DNA of 34,597 bases from Rubrobacteraceae bacterium (GTDB taxonomy: Bacteria > Actinomycetota > Rubrobacteria > Rubrobacterales > Rubrobacteraceae), in contig JBJMIY010000200.1 in assembly GCA_045806605.1 (NCBI GenBank), positions 1 to 34,597 on the forward strand, in the 5' to 3' direction. The position numbers were made by a program, and so were the translations under genes. Each line of letters opens with the position of its first letter. The stretch's first letter is position 1. Positions 7,921 to 19,588 of the stretch are shown in pieces. The notes below the pieces were generated by a model that was not told the origin of the DNA, did no database searches, and saw nothing but the letters and a program-made list of their open reading frames with translations.

Positions 7921-8040
7921 CCTCCCCGATACAGCATTGATACAGACCCGATCGGTTGTGCAACGATACTATGACTGAAGCAGGTTACGCAATGGTTACA
8001 GCCTCATAACGGTTGCGTTACAGCCGCGGAGGCGGCCGGG

Positions 8041-11070
<3,030 letters not shown>

Positions 11071-11073
11071 GCC

Positions 11074-12732
11074 CTAGCTCCTCTCCTCCGCGGTCTCCTC
11101 CTCGCCCTCCTGTGTCTCCTCTTCAGGGGGGGTCTCCTCGGGCAGGTTCTCCGCGGAGCCGTTTTCCTCCTCGCCGTCCCCGACGGAGACGTTCACGAGG
11201 CTCTCCTGCTCGGGCTCGTAGATCTCGTTGAAGTGCTCGATCGCCTCGCGGAGCTTCTGCTCGATCTCGTCTGTGAGGTCCTTCTCCTCGCGGATGGCCT
11301 CGAGGATATCACTGTGGCTGTCGCGCATGTAGTCCCTGAACTGCCTCTCCCAGTCAGGGACATCTTCCGGCTCGATGTGGTCTAGGTAGCCGTTCGCAGC
11401 GGCGAAGATGACCGCCACCTGCTCCTCGACCGGCATCGGGTCGCGCTCTCCCTGCCTTAGGATCGCCGTGAGGCGCTCGCCGCGGGCGAGGGTCTGTTGC
11501 GTCGCCCTGTCCAGGTCGCTCCCGAACTGGGCGAAGCTCTGAAGCTCGCGGTACTGGTTCAGGTCCAACCTGAGCGTCCCTGCGACCTTCCTAATGGCCC
11601 TGATCTGGGCCGAACCTCCGACCCTGGACACCGAGTTACCGGTATCTATCGCCGGGCGCTGGCCCGAGTTGAAGAGGTCGGCGTCGAGGTAGATCTGGCC
11701 GTCCGTGATGGATATGACGTGGGTTGGGATGTACGCCGAGATATCCCCTTCCTTGGTCTCGACGATGGGCAGCGCCGTGAGCGAGCCGCCACCGGCGTCC
11801 TCGGAGAGCTTGGCCGCCCTCTCGAGCAGCCGCGAGTGGAGGTAGAAGACGTCGCCAGGGTACGCCTCGCGGCCGGGCGGGCGCCTGAGCAAGAGCATCA
11901 TCTGGCGGTAGGCGACGGCGTGCTTGGAGAGGTCGTCGTAGATGAGGAGCGTGTCCTCGCCGCGGTTCATGAAGAACTCGCCTATAGCGCAGCCTGCATA
12001 GGGGGCGAGGTACTGGAGCGTCGCCGACTGGGAAGCCGAGGCGTTGATGACGGTGGTGTAGTCCAGCGCGCCGGCCTCCTCGAGGTCGGCCATCACGCCC
12101 GCGACGGTGGCGTCCTTCTGGCCGATGGCGACGTAGATGCACTTCACGTTCTGGTCGGCCTGGCTTATGATCGTGTCTATCGCGATAGCCGACTTGCCCG
12201 TCTTCCTATCGCCGATTATGAGCTCGCGCTGTCCGCGGCCGATGGGGATCATGGCGTCTATGGCCTTGATGCCCGTCTGGAGAGGCTGCTTGACCGGCTG
12301 GCGCTTTATGATGCCGGGCGCGACGATCTCGACCGGGAGGTCCTCCTCGGCCTCGATCTCACCCTTCCCGTCCATCGGGAAGCCGAGGGCGTCTATGACG
12401 CGGCCAAGGACCCCTTCCCCGACCGGCACGCTCGCGAGGCGCTCGGTGCGCCGCACCAGGTTGCCCTCCTGGATGTGCGTGTCGTCGCCGGCGATGATGA
12501 CGCCGACGTTGTCCTCCTCGAGATTGAGGGCGAGCCCGATGACCTTCTCACCTCTCGAGTCCTCGAACTCGAGCATCTCCTGGTACATCGCTTTCTGGAG
12601 GCCGTGGACGCGCGCTATGCCATCCCCCACCTCCAGAACCTGCCCGACCTCCTCGGTGCGGACCCTGCTCTCATAGTCCGTTATAGCGCTCTTAAGTATG
12701 GAGGAGACCTCCTCCGGCCTGAGCCTACCCAC
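11074..12732 (-). CDS. atpA: F1 ATP synthase subunit alpha with an acidic C-terminal tail
   Basis: Walker [16 protein letters not shown] and the full alpha core are present. The canonical N-terminus [14 protein letters not shown] begins right after GTG 12732 (or TTG 12735), which overlaps the atpH stop. The 22 codons further upstream in the ORF track lie inside atpH. Confidence 0.93.
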   Translation of the reverse strand: MGRLRPEEVSSILKSAITDYESRVRTEEVGQVLEVGDGIARVHGLQKAMYQEMLEFEDSRGEKVIGLALNLEEDNVGVIIAGDDTHIQEGNLVRRTERLASVPVGEGVLGRVIDALGFPMDGKGEIEAEEDLPVEIVAPGIIKRQPVKQPLQTGIKAIDAMIPIGRGQRELIIGDRKTGKSAIAIDTIISQADQNVKCIYVAIGQKDATVAGVMADLEEAGALDYTTVINASASQSATLQYLAPYAGCAIGEFFMNRGEDTLLIYDDLSKHAVAYRQMMLLLRRPPGREAYPGDVFYLHSRLLERAAKLSEDAGGGSLTALPIVETKEGDISAYIPTHVISITDGQIYLDADLFNSGQRPAIDTGNSVSRVGGSAQIRAIRKVAGTLRLDLNQYRELQSFAQFGSDLDRATQQTLARGERLTAILRQGERDPMPVEEQVAVIFAAANGYLDHIEPEDVPDWERQFRDYMRDSHSDILEAIREEKDLTDEIEQKLREAIEHFNEIYEPEQESLVNVSVGDGEEENGSAENLPEETPPEEETQEGEEETAEERS

Positions 12733-13270
12733 CAAAAACACCCCTCTCGAGCATCTCCTCCCGGAGGCTCGCAAGGTGCCCCCGGACACTGCTGTCAATC
12801 ATGCGTCCTCCGTACCGGAAGACCGCGCCACCCAGGATGTTCGGGTCGACGCTCGTCTGCAATATTACCTCGCGGCCTTCGAGTGACCTACCCAGCCGCT
12901 CCCTCATGCGGTCCAGCTGCTCCTCGGAAAGCTCCACCGCCGTCGTGACCGCGACCTCAACCTTGCCGAGGTACTCCTTCACCAACTCCTCGTAGCGAAG
13001 CAATAGCTCCTCGAAGATCTCCTCCCGCCCGTTGTCCGAGAGGACCTTGAGGAAGTTCCTGGTCGTGAGGGTCATCCCCTCGGTCAAGGCGTCTATCGCC
13101 CGGCGCTTCTCGCGCTCGGAGATCTGGCTCCCGTAATAGAAGAGCCGCAACTCCTCGCTCTCCTCCAACGCGGTCTCGAACTCCTTTAGCTCTTCGAGGA
13201 CCTCCTCGAGCTCGTCGCGCTCGCGGGCAGCCTCGAAGAGGGCTTCGGCGTAGGTCGAGACGGCGCTCAA
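12725..13270 (-). CDS. atpH: F1 ATP synthase subunit delta (OSCP)
   Basis: 181 aa with YAEALFEAA at the N-terminus and [26 protein letters not shown] at the C-terminus. TTG start lies 1 nt after the atpF stop. Confidence 0.9.
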   Translation of the reverse strand: MSAVSTYAEALFEAARERDELEEVLEELKEFETALEESEELRLFYYGSQISEREKRRAIDALTEGMTLTTRNFLKVLSDNGREEIFEELLLRYEELVKEYLGKVEVAVTTAVELSEEQLDRMRERLGRSLEGREVILQTSVDPNILGGAVFRYGGRMIDSSVRGHLASLREEMLERGVFGG

Positions 13271-13271
13271 G

Positions 13272-13793
13272 CTACCTCGCCTCTCCGGCTACCTCGGCCT
13301 CGAGGCTGTCGAGGGCCTCGGAGATCAGGCGCTCGTGCTCCTCGCGGTCCAGCTCGTGTCCGATGACGCGCTCGGTAGCCACTATGACCATGTCAGCGAC
13401 CTCGCGGCGCAGCTCGCGCAGGGCCGCGTCCCGCTCGCGTCCTATCTCCTCGCGGGCGCGCTGGATGATGCGGTCTGCCTCCTCGCGCGCCTCGCGCTTG
13501 GCTCGCTCGCGCGCGGCCTCGCCCTGCTTGCGGGCCTCGTCCAGGATCTGGCGCGCCTCGCCCCTGGCCTCTTCGATCTGGCGCCGGTACTCGGCGAGGA
13601 GCTCGCGCGCCTCGCTGCGGGTCTTCTGCGCCTCGTCTATAGCCTGCTCTATCTCGGACTGGCGGCGCTGGATCTGGTCGCGTATCGGCGGATATACGTA
13701 GCGGTAGAGCAGGAACAGGAGGATCGCGAAGGTGATGATCTCCCAGAAGATCAGGCTCGTATTGGGAAGGTCGAATATGCCCGTCGGGTCCAT
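13272..13793 (-). CDS. atpF: Fo ATP synthase subunit b
   Basis: 173 aa with a single N-terminal TM (IFWEIITFAILLFLLYRYVY) followed by a long charged E/R/A-rich helix. Confidence 0.9.
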   Translation of the reverse strand: MDPTGIFDLPNTSLIFWEIITFAILLFLLYRYVYPPIRDQIQRRQSEIEQAIDEAQKTRSEARELLAEYRRQIEEARGEARQILDEARKQGEAARERAKREAREEADRIIQRAREEIGRERDAALRELRREVADMVIVATERVIGHELDREEHERLISEALDSLEAEVAGEAR

Positions 13794-13806
13794 ACGCTCT
13801 CCTCTA

Positions 13807-14061
13807 TTAGAGGACGAAGGCGATGAGAAGGGCGAAGACGAGACCGTACAGCGCGAACGCCTCGACCAACCCGATGCCGAGAAACATCAACGTCCTCGTC
13901 TGCTCGAACGCTTCCGGCTGGCGGTGGATGCTCGCGATGGTCTGTCCGATCAGGTACCCCATACCCGCGCCGGGCCCGATTACCGCCGTTCCCGCCGCGA
14001 CGCCGATACCAATATACCTGAACCCTTCAGTGCTACCCTGAAGTAGCGCCACCATGTCCAT
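13807..14061 (-). CDS. atpE: Fo ATP synthase subunit c
   Basis: 84 aa hairpin proteolipid with a GxGxGxG-like first helix (IGPGAGMGYLIG), an RQPE loop, and the carboxylate in LVEAFALYGLV. Confidence 0.9.
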   Translation of the reverse strand: MDMVALLQGSTEGFRYIGIGVAAGTAVIGPGAGMGYLIGQTIASIHRQPEAFEQTRTLMFLGIGLVEAFALYGLVFALLIAFVL

Positions 14062-14107
14062 GCGTTATTGCTCCTCTCTACTATTTTTCATAACCCTTCG
14101 ACCGCGC

Positions 14108-14905
14108 CTAGTGATCCTCGCGGAACATCGCCAGTTCGATATAAACCTGCGTGAGTATAGCGAAAATGTAAGCTTGCAGAACCGCGACGAAGATCTCGAA
14201 AGCGAAGAAGACGACCGCCGCGGGTACGGAGATCACGGCCATGAACGTCCCGAAATACAGAATGAAGCTGAGGAAGACGAAGATGATCAGGTGCCCCGCC
14301 AGTATGTTGGCGTAGAGTCGCAATGCGAGCGTGAGCGGCTTGGTGAACTCCTGGATGAACTCGACGAACCACATAAACGGGACCATGAGCGGCTTGAACG
14401 GCAGCCCCGGGGGCACAAAACTCTTGAGATACCGCCCCACCCCGTTGCGCCTGAAGCCCTCGTATTGGGTGAGGATGAACGTCAGCAGCGCGAGCGTCAG
14501 CGTGAAGGAGATGTTGCTGGTGACAGGGTAACTGTTCGGGAAGAGACCGATGATGTTGAGCGTGAGCAGGAAGACGAAGATGGAGAGGGTGTAAGGGAAC
14601 CACTTTCTCCCCTCCTCGCTCACCTGCCCGCCCAGGTTGTTGCGACCGAAAGCGTAGATCTCCTCGACTATCACCTGGTACGCCCCTGGCCTGTTGCTCA
14701 GTGCCCTGCTCCCGAAGTAAAGGACGATGAACGTGATCGCCGCCCCGATGAACAGGAACCAGACGGCCTTGTTCAAGGAGACGTCTATCGGCCCGATGTG
14801 TATCGGAACGACCCAGGTGTGCTTGGCGCTCTCCCAGGTGTGGAGAATCTGCTTACGTATCTCTTCCTGGCTCAGCTGCTGTATCAATGCCAGGCTTACG
14901 GTCAA
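14108..14905 (-). CDS. atpB: Fo ATP synthase subunit a
   Basis: The C-terminal part carries the a-subunit signature LTLALRLYANILAGH. TTG at 14905 forms a TTGA overlap with the upstream gene stop and has GGAGGG 7 nt upstream, giving 265 aa. The upstream 131 codons of the ORF-track entry are R/G-rich and overlap the atpI-like gene. Confidence 0.9.
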   Translation of the reverse strand: MTVSLALIQQLSQEEIRKQILHTWESAKHTWVVPIHIGPIDVSLNKAVWFLFIGAAITFIVLYFGSRALSNRPGAYQVIVEEIYAFGRNNLGGQVSEEGRKWFPYTLSIFVFLLTLNIIGLFPNSYPVTSNISFTLTLALLTFILTQYEGFRRNGVGRYLKSFVPPGLPFKPLMVPFMWFVEFIQEFTKPLTLALRLYANILAGHLIIFVFLSFILYFGTFMAVISVPAAVVFFAFEIFVAVLQAYIFAILTQVYIELAMFREDH

Positions 14906-15336
14906 TTTCCCGCCCTCCGTCCTGCTCCCTCGCGAGACGTCGCTCCAGGCTTCGCGCTCGACTGGTTCCTTGTCTTGGACATCCTTACCGCAGCGGCCAC
15001 GTTCTCGGCGACGTACACCCCGGCGAAGCCGGCGAGCATGGGCACCACGGGCCACAACCCGAGGTAAGCCGGGATGCCGAGCACAGCCGCGGCGAAGACC
15101 AGCCGCACCACGAACGACGCCCCCCCGATCATTACTCCAGCCGCCATTGATCGCCCGGCGAAAAGTGAGATCGTGAGCGCCGTCGAAACGAAGCTCAAGA
15201 CCGCCGCCCCCGCGCCGTAAAGAAACGACCACGCGTGAACGCCGCCGTAAACCAGGAAGAGCGCAGCCGAGATCAGAGCCGCAAGACCGAGCAGCCACGC
15301 GGCGTACCAGAGCGCGAGTCGCCAGTGGTCGCTCAT
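14902..15336 (-). CDS. atpI: ATP synthase protein I-like small membrane protein
   Basis: Starting from ATG 15336 (ATGA overlap with the upstream stop), 144 aa with about 4 hydrophobic helices, sitting immediately upstream of atpB. The upstream part of the 251-aa ORF is R-rich and overlaps the atpZ-like gene. Confidence 0.55.
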   Translation of the reverse strand: MSDHWRLALWYAAWLLGLAALISAALFLVYGGVHAWSFLYGAGAAVLSFVSTALTISLFAGRSMAAGVMIGGASFVVRLVFAAAVLGIPAYLGLWPVVPMLAGFAGVYVAENVAAAVRMSKTRNQSSAKPGATSREGAGRRAGN

Positions 15337-15560
15337 CTGCCGCCTAGACTGCCCAGCGCCCGGTATAGATAGAACAGGCCACCGGCGAACCCGAGCACCA
15401 GCCCGACGAGCAGGAAGAGCGGCAGCGTCCCGAGCCACGTGTCCACGAAGAAACCGACCGCCGTTAGGCCGCCGATGATTGCGATTAACGTGAACCCTAA
15501 AGAGATAAAACGGGCGTATCCCCCACCCCCGTCGTTTCTCTGCGAATTGGTGTTGGGCAT
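15333..15560 (-). CDS. AtpZ/AtpR-like small membrane protein (ATPase_gene1 family), first gene of the atp operon
   Basis: Two TM helices with FISLGFTLIAIIGGLTAVGFFVDTWLGTLPLFLLVGLVLGFAGGLFYLYR. Start is probably ATG 15560, because ATG 15572 lies inside the predicted -10 box. Confidence 0.6.
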   Translation of the reverse strand: MPNTNSQRNDGGGGYARFISLGFTLIAIIGGLTAVGFFVDTWLGTLPLFLLVGLVLGFAGGLFYLYRALGSLGGR

Positions 15561-15567
15561 CGACAAG

Positions 15568-15596
15568 ATCATACCCTAACGCGCAAAGTGTTGCAA
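15568..15596 (-). promoter_or_regulatory. Candidate atp operon promoter (TTGCAA-17 nt-TATGAT), positioned for a leaderless transcript
   Basis: On the minus strand, TTGCAA (15596-15591), a 17-nt spacer and TATGAT (15573-15568), then 7 nt to ATG 15560. Confidence 0.45.
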
Positions 15597-15798
15597 AAAG
15601 TTTCAAGCTCTCGCCACCTTCGCATGGAAGGCCCCGTCGCGAGCGCTCGCTCCCCACTCTTGTTGTTCATCCACGCTGCTCTTTACCCAACTTCGCAGCA
15701 CACTACGCACCTTGCATCCCGGGAAAAGACTGCATGATCTCCACGAGCCTTTACGCTCTCCTTTATCAGGAACTCTTGTAAACCCAAGTCTACTTCCT

Positions 15799-15828
15799 TA
15801 TTGACGCGACGTCAATAGACACGGTGTC
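15799..15828. promoter_or_regulatory. TetR-type operator: two adjacent palindromes
   Basis: TATTGACG-CGA-CGTCAATA (15799-15817), immediately followed by GACAC-G-GTGTC (15818-15828) and a third GTCAATA half-site (15827-15833). Confidence 0.5.
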
Positions 15829-15844
15829 AATAAGCTAGTACAGT
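15816..15844 (+). promoter_or_regulatory. Candidate tetR promoter (TAGACA-17 nt-TACAGT), overlapped by the operator
   Basis: TAGACA (15816-15821), a 17-nt spacer and TACAGT (15839-15844). The predicted TSS is about 15 nt before ATG 15866, which has GGGAGG upstream. Confidence 0.4.
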
Positions 15845-15865
15845 TGTGTGCATGCGGGAGGCGAG

Positions 15866-16507
15866 ATGACGGTGGGGCGTACGCCGCGGCGCAGGCGGCG
15901 GCCGGAAGAAGCTGAGCGGGCGATACTCGCTGCGGCGCGGTCTTTTCTAGAGGAGCATCCGTTCCGGGAATTGACTGTGGAGCGGGTCATGGCGCGCACG
16001 GGGCTATCGCGGCCGGCATTTTACGCGTACTTCCGGGACAGCTACGACGTAGTTACGCGCTTACTGGAGGGCATTGGTGGACTGCTGTTCGCGGTGGACC
16101 GGCGCTGGCTCACGGGGGTCGAAGGGGGGCGGGAGGAGGCACGCGAGGTTTTAGTGGAGGCCTTGCGCGGGGGTGCGGAGACTTTTGTCAGGCACGGGCG
16201 GGTATTGCGGGCGATAGCGGATGCGGCGAGCCAGGACCCGAAGGTCGAGGAGGTCTACAGGTTAGGTCTGATCGAGCGCCTCATCGAGGCGGTGGCTGCC
16301 CGCATAGAGCGCGACGTCGAGGCGGGATTATCACCGAAAGGACTGGATCCTGAGGAGACGGCGCGGGCTCTGGTGCTCATGACCGAGCGGTACCTGCTCG
16401 ATGCCTTCGGGCTGCCGAATGGGCGCCCGTCGCGTGCGAAGACGGCCGCGGTGATCAGAACGCTAGAAGCGGTGTGGGTCAGGACCCTCTACGGATTCGA
16501 GGCGTAG
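15866..16507 (+). CDS. TetR/AcrR-family transcriptional regulator
   Basis: N-terminal HTH ILAAARSFLEEHPFRELTVERVMARTGLSRPAFYAYFRDSYDV. ATG 15866 is preferred over GTG 15848 because of the RBS and promoter geometry. Confidence 0.85.
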   Translation: MTVGRTPRRRRRPEEAERAILAAARSFLEEHPFRELTVERVMARTGLSRPAFYAYFRDSYDVVTRLLEGIGGLLFAVDRRWLTGVEGGREEAREVLVEALRGGAETFVRHGRVLRAIADAASQDPKVEEVYRLGLIERLIEAVAARIERDVEAGLSPKGLDPEETARALVLMTERYLLDAFGLPNGRPSRAKTAAVIRTLEAVWVRTLYGFEA

Positions 16508-16514
16508 GGGTTGT

Positions 16515-17012
16515 TCAGGGCTCCAGGGAGTACCGGATCATCTTCAGGCCCCCCTCGGCGGCGAGCTCCATGGCGAGGGGATCGGGGTAGCCGCCGGCGT
16601 AGCAGACCTCCTCGATGCCTGCGTTCATGATCATCTTCACGCACATCAGGCACGGCTGGTGGGTACAGTAGATAGACGCGCCCTGGACCGAGACGCCATG
16701 GTAAGCGGCCTGGATAATGGCGTTCTGCTCTGCGTGCAGGGTGCGCTGGCAACTCTCGCGACCGTCCACGATCCGGATGAGGCATCCCACGTCGTCGCAG
16801 TGGGGCATACCCGATGGGCTCCCGTTATAGCCGGTGGTAAGAATGCGCTTGTCATGCACGACCACCGCGCCGACCGCGAGACGCGGGCACGTCGAGCGCG
16901 TGGCGACCTCGTGCGCTATGCGCATGAAGTACTCGTCCCACGAGGGACGGGCGCGCTTCAGCGCGGCGTGCTCTTCGGAGGTGTCCACGTCGGCTCTCTC
17001 AAAGGGTTCCAT
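16515..17012 (-). CDS. Deoxycytidylate (dCMP) deaminase / ComEB-like CMP-dCMP deaminase
   Basis: 165 aa with zinc motifs HAEQNAI and PCLMCVKMI, and the WDEYFM...A...RSTC N-terminus typical of dCMP deaminases. Confidence 0.85.
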   Translation of the reverse strand: MEPFERADVDTSEEHAALKRARPSWDEYFMRIAHEVATRSTCPRLAVGAVVVHDKRILTTGYNGSPSGMPHCDDVGCLIRIVDGRESCQRTLHAEQNAIIQAAYHGVSVQGASIYCTHQPCLMCVKMIMNAGIEEVCYAGGYPDPLAMELAAEGGLKMIRYSLEP

Positions 17013-17646
17013 ACAACCTGTCTCCCGCGTCGCCGAGCCCCGGCACGATAAACGAACGCTCGTCGAGCTCGGGATCTACGGCGGCGGCGTAGAGCTTGAC
17101 GTCGGGGTGCTCCCGGCTGAGCCGCTCGACGCCGGGCACGGCGGCGACGGCGTGGAGGCAGGAGATCCAGGTCGCACCTTCGTCCTTCAGCTTCGTCAGG
17201 GTCGCCGAGAGGCTGCCGCCGGTAGCCAGCATCGGGTCGAGAACCAGGACCAGGTAGTCCTCGAGGTTCCGGGGGAGGTTCACATAGTACTCGATCGGCT
17301 GGGCCGTCTCCTCGTCCCTGAAGAGTCCCATGAACCCGACAGTGGCCTGTGGCAACAGGGCGAGTGCGCCATCGAGCATCCCGAGGCCGGCGCGCAGGAC
17401 AGGGACGAGGCACACTGGAGCGGAGATCTCCTCCACCTCCGTCTCGGCGAGCGGGGTTCGGATCCGGACCGGACGGGTCGGCATGTCGCGGGTGGCCTCT
17501 GCGACCATGATGAGGGCGAGCTCCTTCATGGCCTGCCTGAACTCCGCGGTGGGTGTCCGCTCGTCGCGAAGGACAGCGAGCTTGTGCTGGCTCAACGGGC
17601 CATCTACGACCTGGAGGTTCCTGGCCTCCGGCTTCGCCTCATTCAT
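16999..17646 (-). CDS. upp: Uracil phosphoribosyltransferase
   Basis: 215 aa with LRDERT...EFR, the PRPP loop [13 protein letters not shown], and a C-terminal [15 protein letters not shown]. Confidence 0.95.
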   Translation of the reverse strand: MNEAKPEARNLQVVDGPLSQHKLAVLRDERTPTAEFRQAMKELALIMVAEATRDMPTRPVRIRTPLAETEVEEISAPVCLVPVLRAGLGMLDGALALLPQATVGFMGLFRDEETAQPIEYYVNLPRNLEDYLVLVLDPMLATGGSLSATLTKLKDEGATWISCLHAVAAVPGVERLSREHPDVKLYAAAVDPELDERSFIVPGLGDAGDRLYGTL

Positions 17647-18862
17647 AGAGTGGGAAAGCCTCGGTGAGCGCCCTGGCGCGGTCGCGCAGGCCGTCGAGCT
17701 CGCCGCGGCTGGCCCTCACGATGATATCCGCTATCTCGCGCATCTCGGCCTCGCCCATGCCGCGCGTCGTCATGGCTGCCGTGCCGAGCCGGACGCCGCT
17801 CGTGACGGTCGGGGGCTCGGGGTCGTTCGGGACCATGTTCTTGTTGCAGGTGACGCCTACCGACTCGAGCGTCTCCTCCAGCTCCTTGCCTGTCGTATCA
17901 GCCTCTATCAGGTCGACCAGGATCAGGTGGTTGTCCGTCCCGCCGGAGACGAGGTCGAGCCCGCCTTCGAGCAGACCATCGGCCAGAGCCTTGCAATTAT
18001 CGACGATCTGGCGGGCGTAGTCTTTAAACTCGGGTTTGAGCGCCTCACCGAGTGCCACAGCCTTACCGGCTATGGCATGCATGAGCGGGCCACCCTGCAT
18101 TCCGGGGAAGACGCGACTGTTCACCTTCTTGGCGAACTCCTCGCGGCAGAGTATCATGCCGCCGCGGGCGCCCCGCAGCGTCTTGTGGGTGGTCGTCGTG
18201 ACTACCTCGCTGTAGGGGATGGGCGAAGGGTGAACCTCGGCCGCCACGAGGCCCGCGATATGAGCCATGTCCGTGAGGAAGAAAGCCCCGACCTCGTCGG
18301 CGATCTCACGGAACTTCTCGAACTCCAGGATGCGCGGGTAGGCGCTCGCGCCGGCCAGGATCATCTTGGGGTTCTCGCGCAGCGCGATCTCGCGCAGGTG
18401 ATCGTAGTCGATAAAGCCGTCGTCGCCGACGCCGTAATGGACGAAGTCGTAGGTCCGCCCGGAGAAGTTGAACTTCGCGCCGTGCGTCAGGTGCCCGCCG
18501 TGGGCAAGGTCCATCGCGAGGACCTTGTCGCCTGGTTCGGCCAGGACGGCGTACGCCTCCTCGTTCGCCTGGCTCCCCGAATGAGGCTGCACGTTGGCGT
18601 GATCTGCGCCGAAGAGCTCCTTCGCCCGGTCTATGGCGAGCTGCTCTACCACGTCCATGAACTCGCAGCCGCCGTAGTAGCGCTTGCCAGGGTAGCCCTC
18701 GGCGTACTTGTTCGTCATCACCGAGCCCTGGGCTGCGAGCACCGCCGGGGAGGTAAAGTTCTCGCTCGCTATCAGCTCGATGGTCGACCGCTGGCGTTCG
18801 AGCTCCCCGTCGAGCGCCTCTTGGACCGCCGAATCTACAACCTCGGTGTACGGACCTAACAT
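17639..18862 (-). CDS. glyA: Serine hydroxymethyltransferase
   Basis: 407 aa with [27 protein letters not shown], and the PLP lysine region [15 protein letters not shown]. Confidence 0.97.
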   Translation of the reverse strand: MLGPYTEVVDSAVQEALDGELERQRSTIELIASENFTSPAVLAAQGSVMTNKYAEGYPGKRYYGGCEFMDVVEQLAIDRAKELFGADHANVQPHSGSQANEEAYAVLAEPGDKVLAMDLAHGGHLTHGAKFNFSGRTYDFVHYGVGDDGFIDYDHLREIALRENPKMILAGASAYPRILEFEKFREIADEVGAFFLTDMAHIAGLVAAEVHPSPIPYSEVVTTTTHKTLRGARGGMILCREEFAKKVNSRVFPGMQGGPLMHAIAGKAVALGEALKPEFKDYARQIVDNCKALADGLLEGGLDLVSGGTDNHLILVDLIEADTTGKELEETLESVGVTCNKNMVPNDPEPPTVTSGVRLGTAAMTTRGMGEAEMREIADIIVRASRGELDGLRDRARALTEAFPLYE

Positions 18863-18979
18863 ACCTCTACCTCCGCTCTTCGGGTTTGGCGGCGCGCTCG
18901 TCGCCTCGTAAAGCTGATGTGGACACCAGAATCCTCGATGCTCTCCCTCGTCCTCCCTACCGGACGCATGACCAATCGG

Positions 18980-19008
18980 AGTATAAACGTTGTCCGTAAG
19001 GCCCTCAA
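18980..19008 (-). promoter_or_regulatory. Candidate glyA promoter (TTGAGG-17 nt-TATACT)
   Basis: On the minus strand, TTGAGG (19008-19003), a 17-nt spacer and TATACT (18985-18980). This implies a leader of about 110 nt. Confidence 0.35.
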
Positions 19009-19018
19009 ACCCGGATCT

Positions 19019-19588
19019 CTACACTCGCGCAAGGCGCTCCAACGCCTCCTCCGTCAACTCCCCGGTAGCGCGCAGGAGCCGCGTCCGTCCACCCGAGAGA
19101 TCCACGACGGCCGAGGCTTCGCCGGTCCCCGGCTCGCCCCCGACGACCAGGTCCACCGCTTCGGATACTCGCGCATCCACCTCTTCCAGCCCAGCGGGGG
19201 CGGGCTCGCCGGAGGGGTTGGCGCTCGTCGCGTAGAGCGGGTCCCCGTAGGCGGCGAGCACGGCTCGTACGGCGGAGTCAGCCGGCACACGCACGCCGAC
19301 GGTTCCGCCACCCGGACGGTCTAGCACGAGCGTCAGCGGGCCTGGCCAGTACGCGGCGGCCAGCGTACGCGCGAGCGGGGGAACGCTCGCGGCGAGGGCG
19401 AAGGCATCCCGGGGTGAGGCGCAGAGCAGGGCGACCGGTTTGTCCGCGTCGCGGCCCTTGATCTCCCGTATCCGGGACAGGCCCGCCTCCGCGGCGACGA
19501 GCCCCACGACGGTCTCCGTGGGAACGAGCGCTACCTCGCCCTCGCGCAACGCTTCGGCTGCCTCCACCGGGGTGACGATCTCTGTCAT
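19019..19588 (-). CDS. tsaC: L-threonylcarbamoyladenylate synthase (YrdC/TsaC family, single-domain)
   Basis: 189 aa YrdC-fold pattern: VALVPTETVVGL, KGRDADKP, WPGPLTLVL, ATSANPSGEP. Confidence 0.8.
   Translation of the reverse strand: MTEIVTPVEAAEALREGEVALVPTETVVGLVAAEAGLSRIREIKGRDADKPVALLCASPRDAFALAASVPPLARTLAAAYWPGPLTLVLDRPGGGTVGVRVPADSAVRAVLAAYGDPLYATSANPSGEPAPAGLEEVDARVSEAVDLVVGGEPGTGEASAVVDLSGGRTRLLRATGELTEEALERLARV

Noticed and set aside
14906-15298. The N-terminal 131 codons of the 396-aa atpB ORF-track entry, and likewise codons 1-107 of the 251-aa ORF at 15337-15657.
   Set aside because: Both are R/G-rich and overlap the real upstream genes. The internal starts create the ATGA/TTGA coupling and give canonical protein lengths.
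18863-19018. A ZTP/THF/glycine riboswitch in front of glyA.
   Set aside because: I could not find the conserved ZTP cores (GGGUCGUGACUGGCG… / CCGCCUGGGC) or other known signatures by eye. It is kept only as a low-interest flag needing an Rfam scan.
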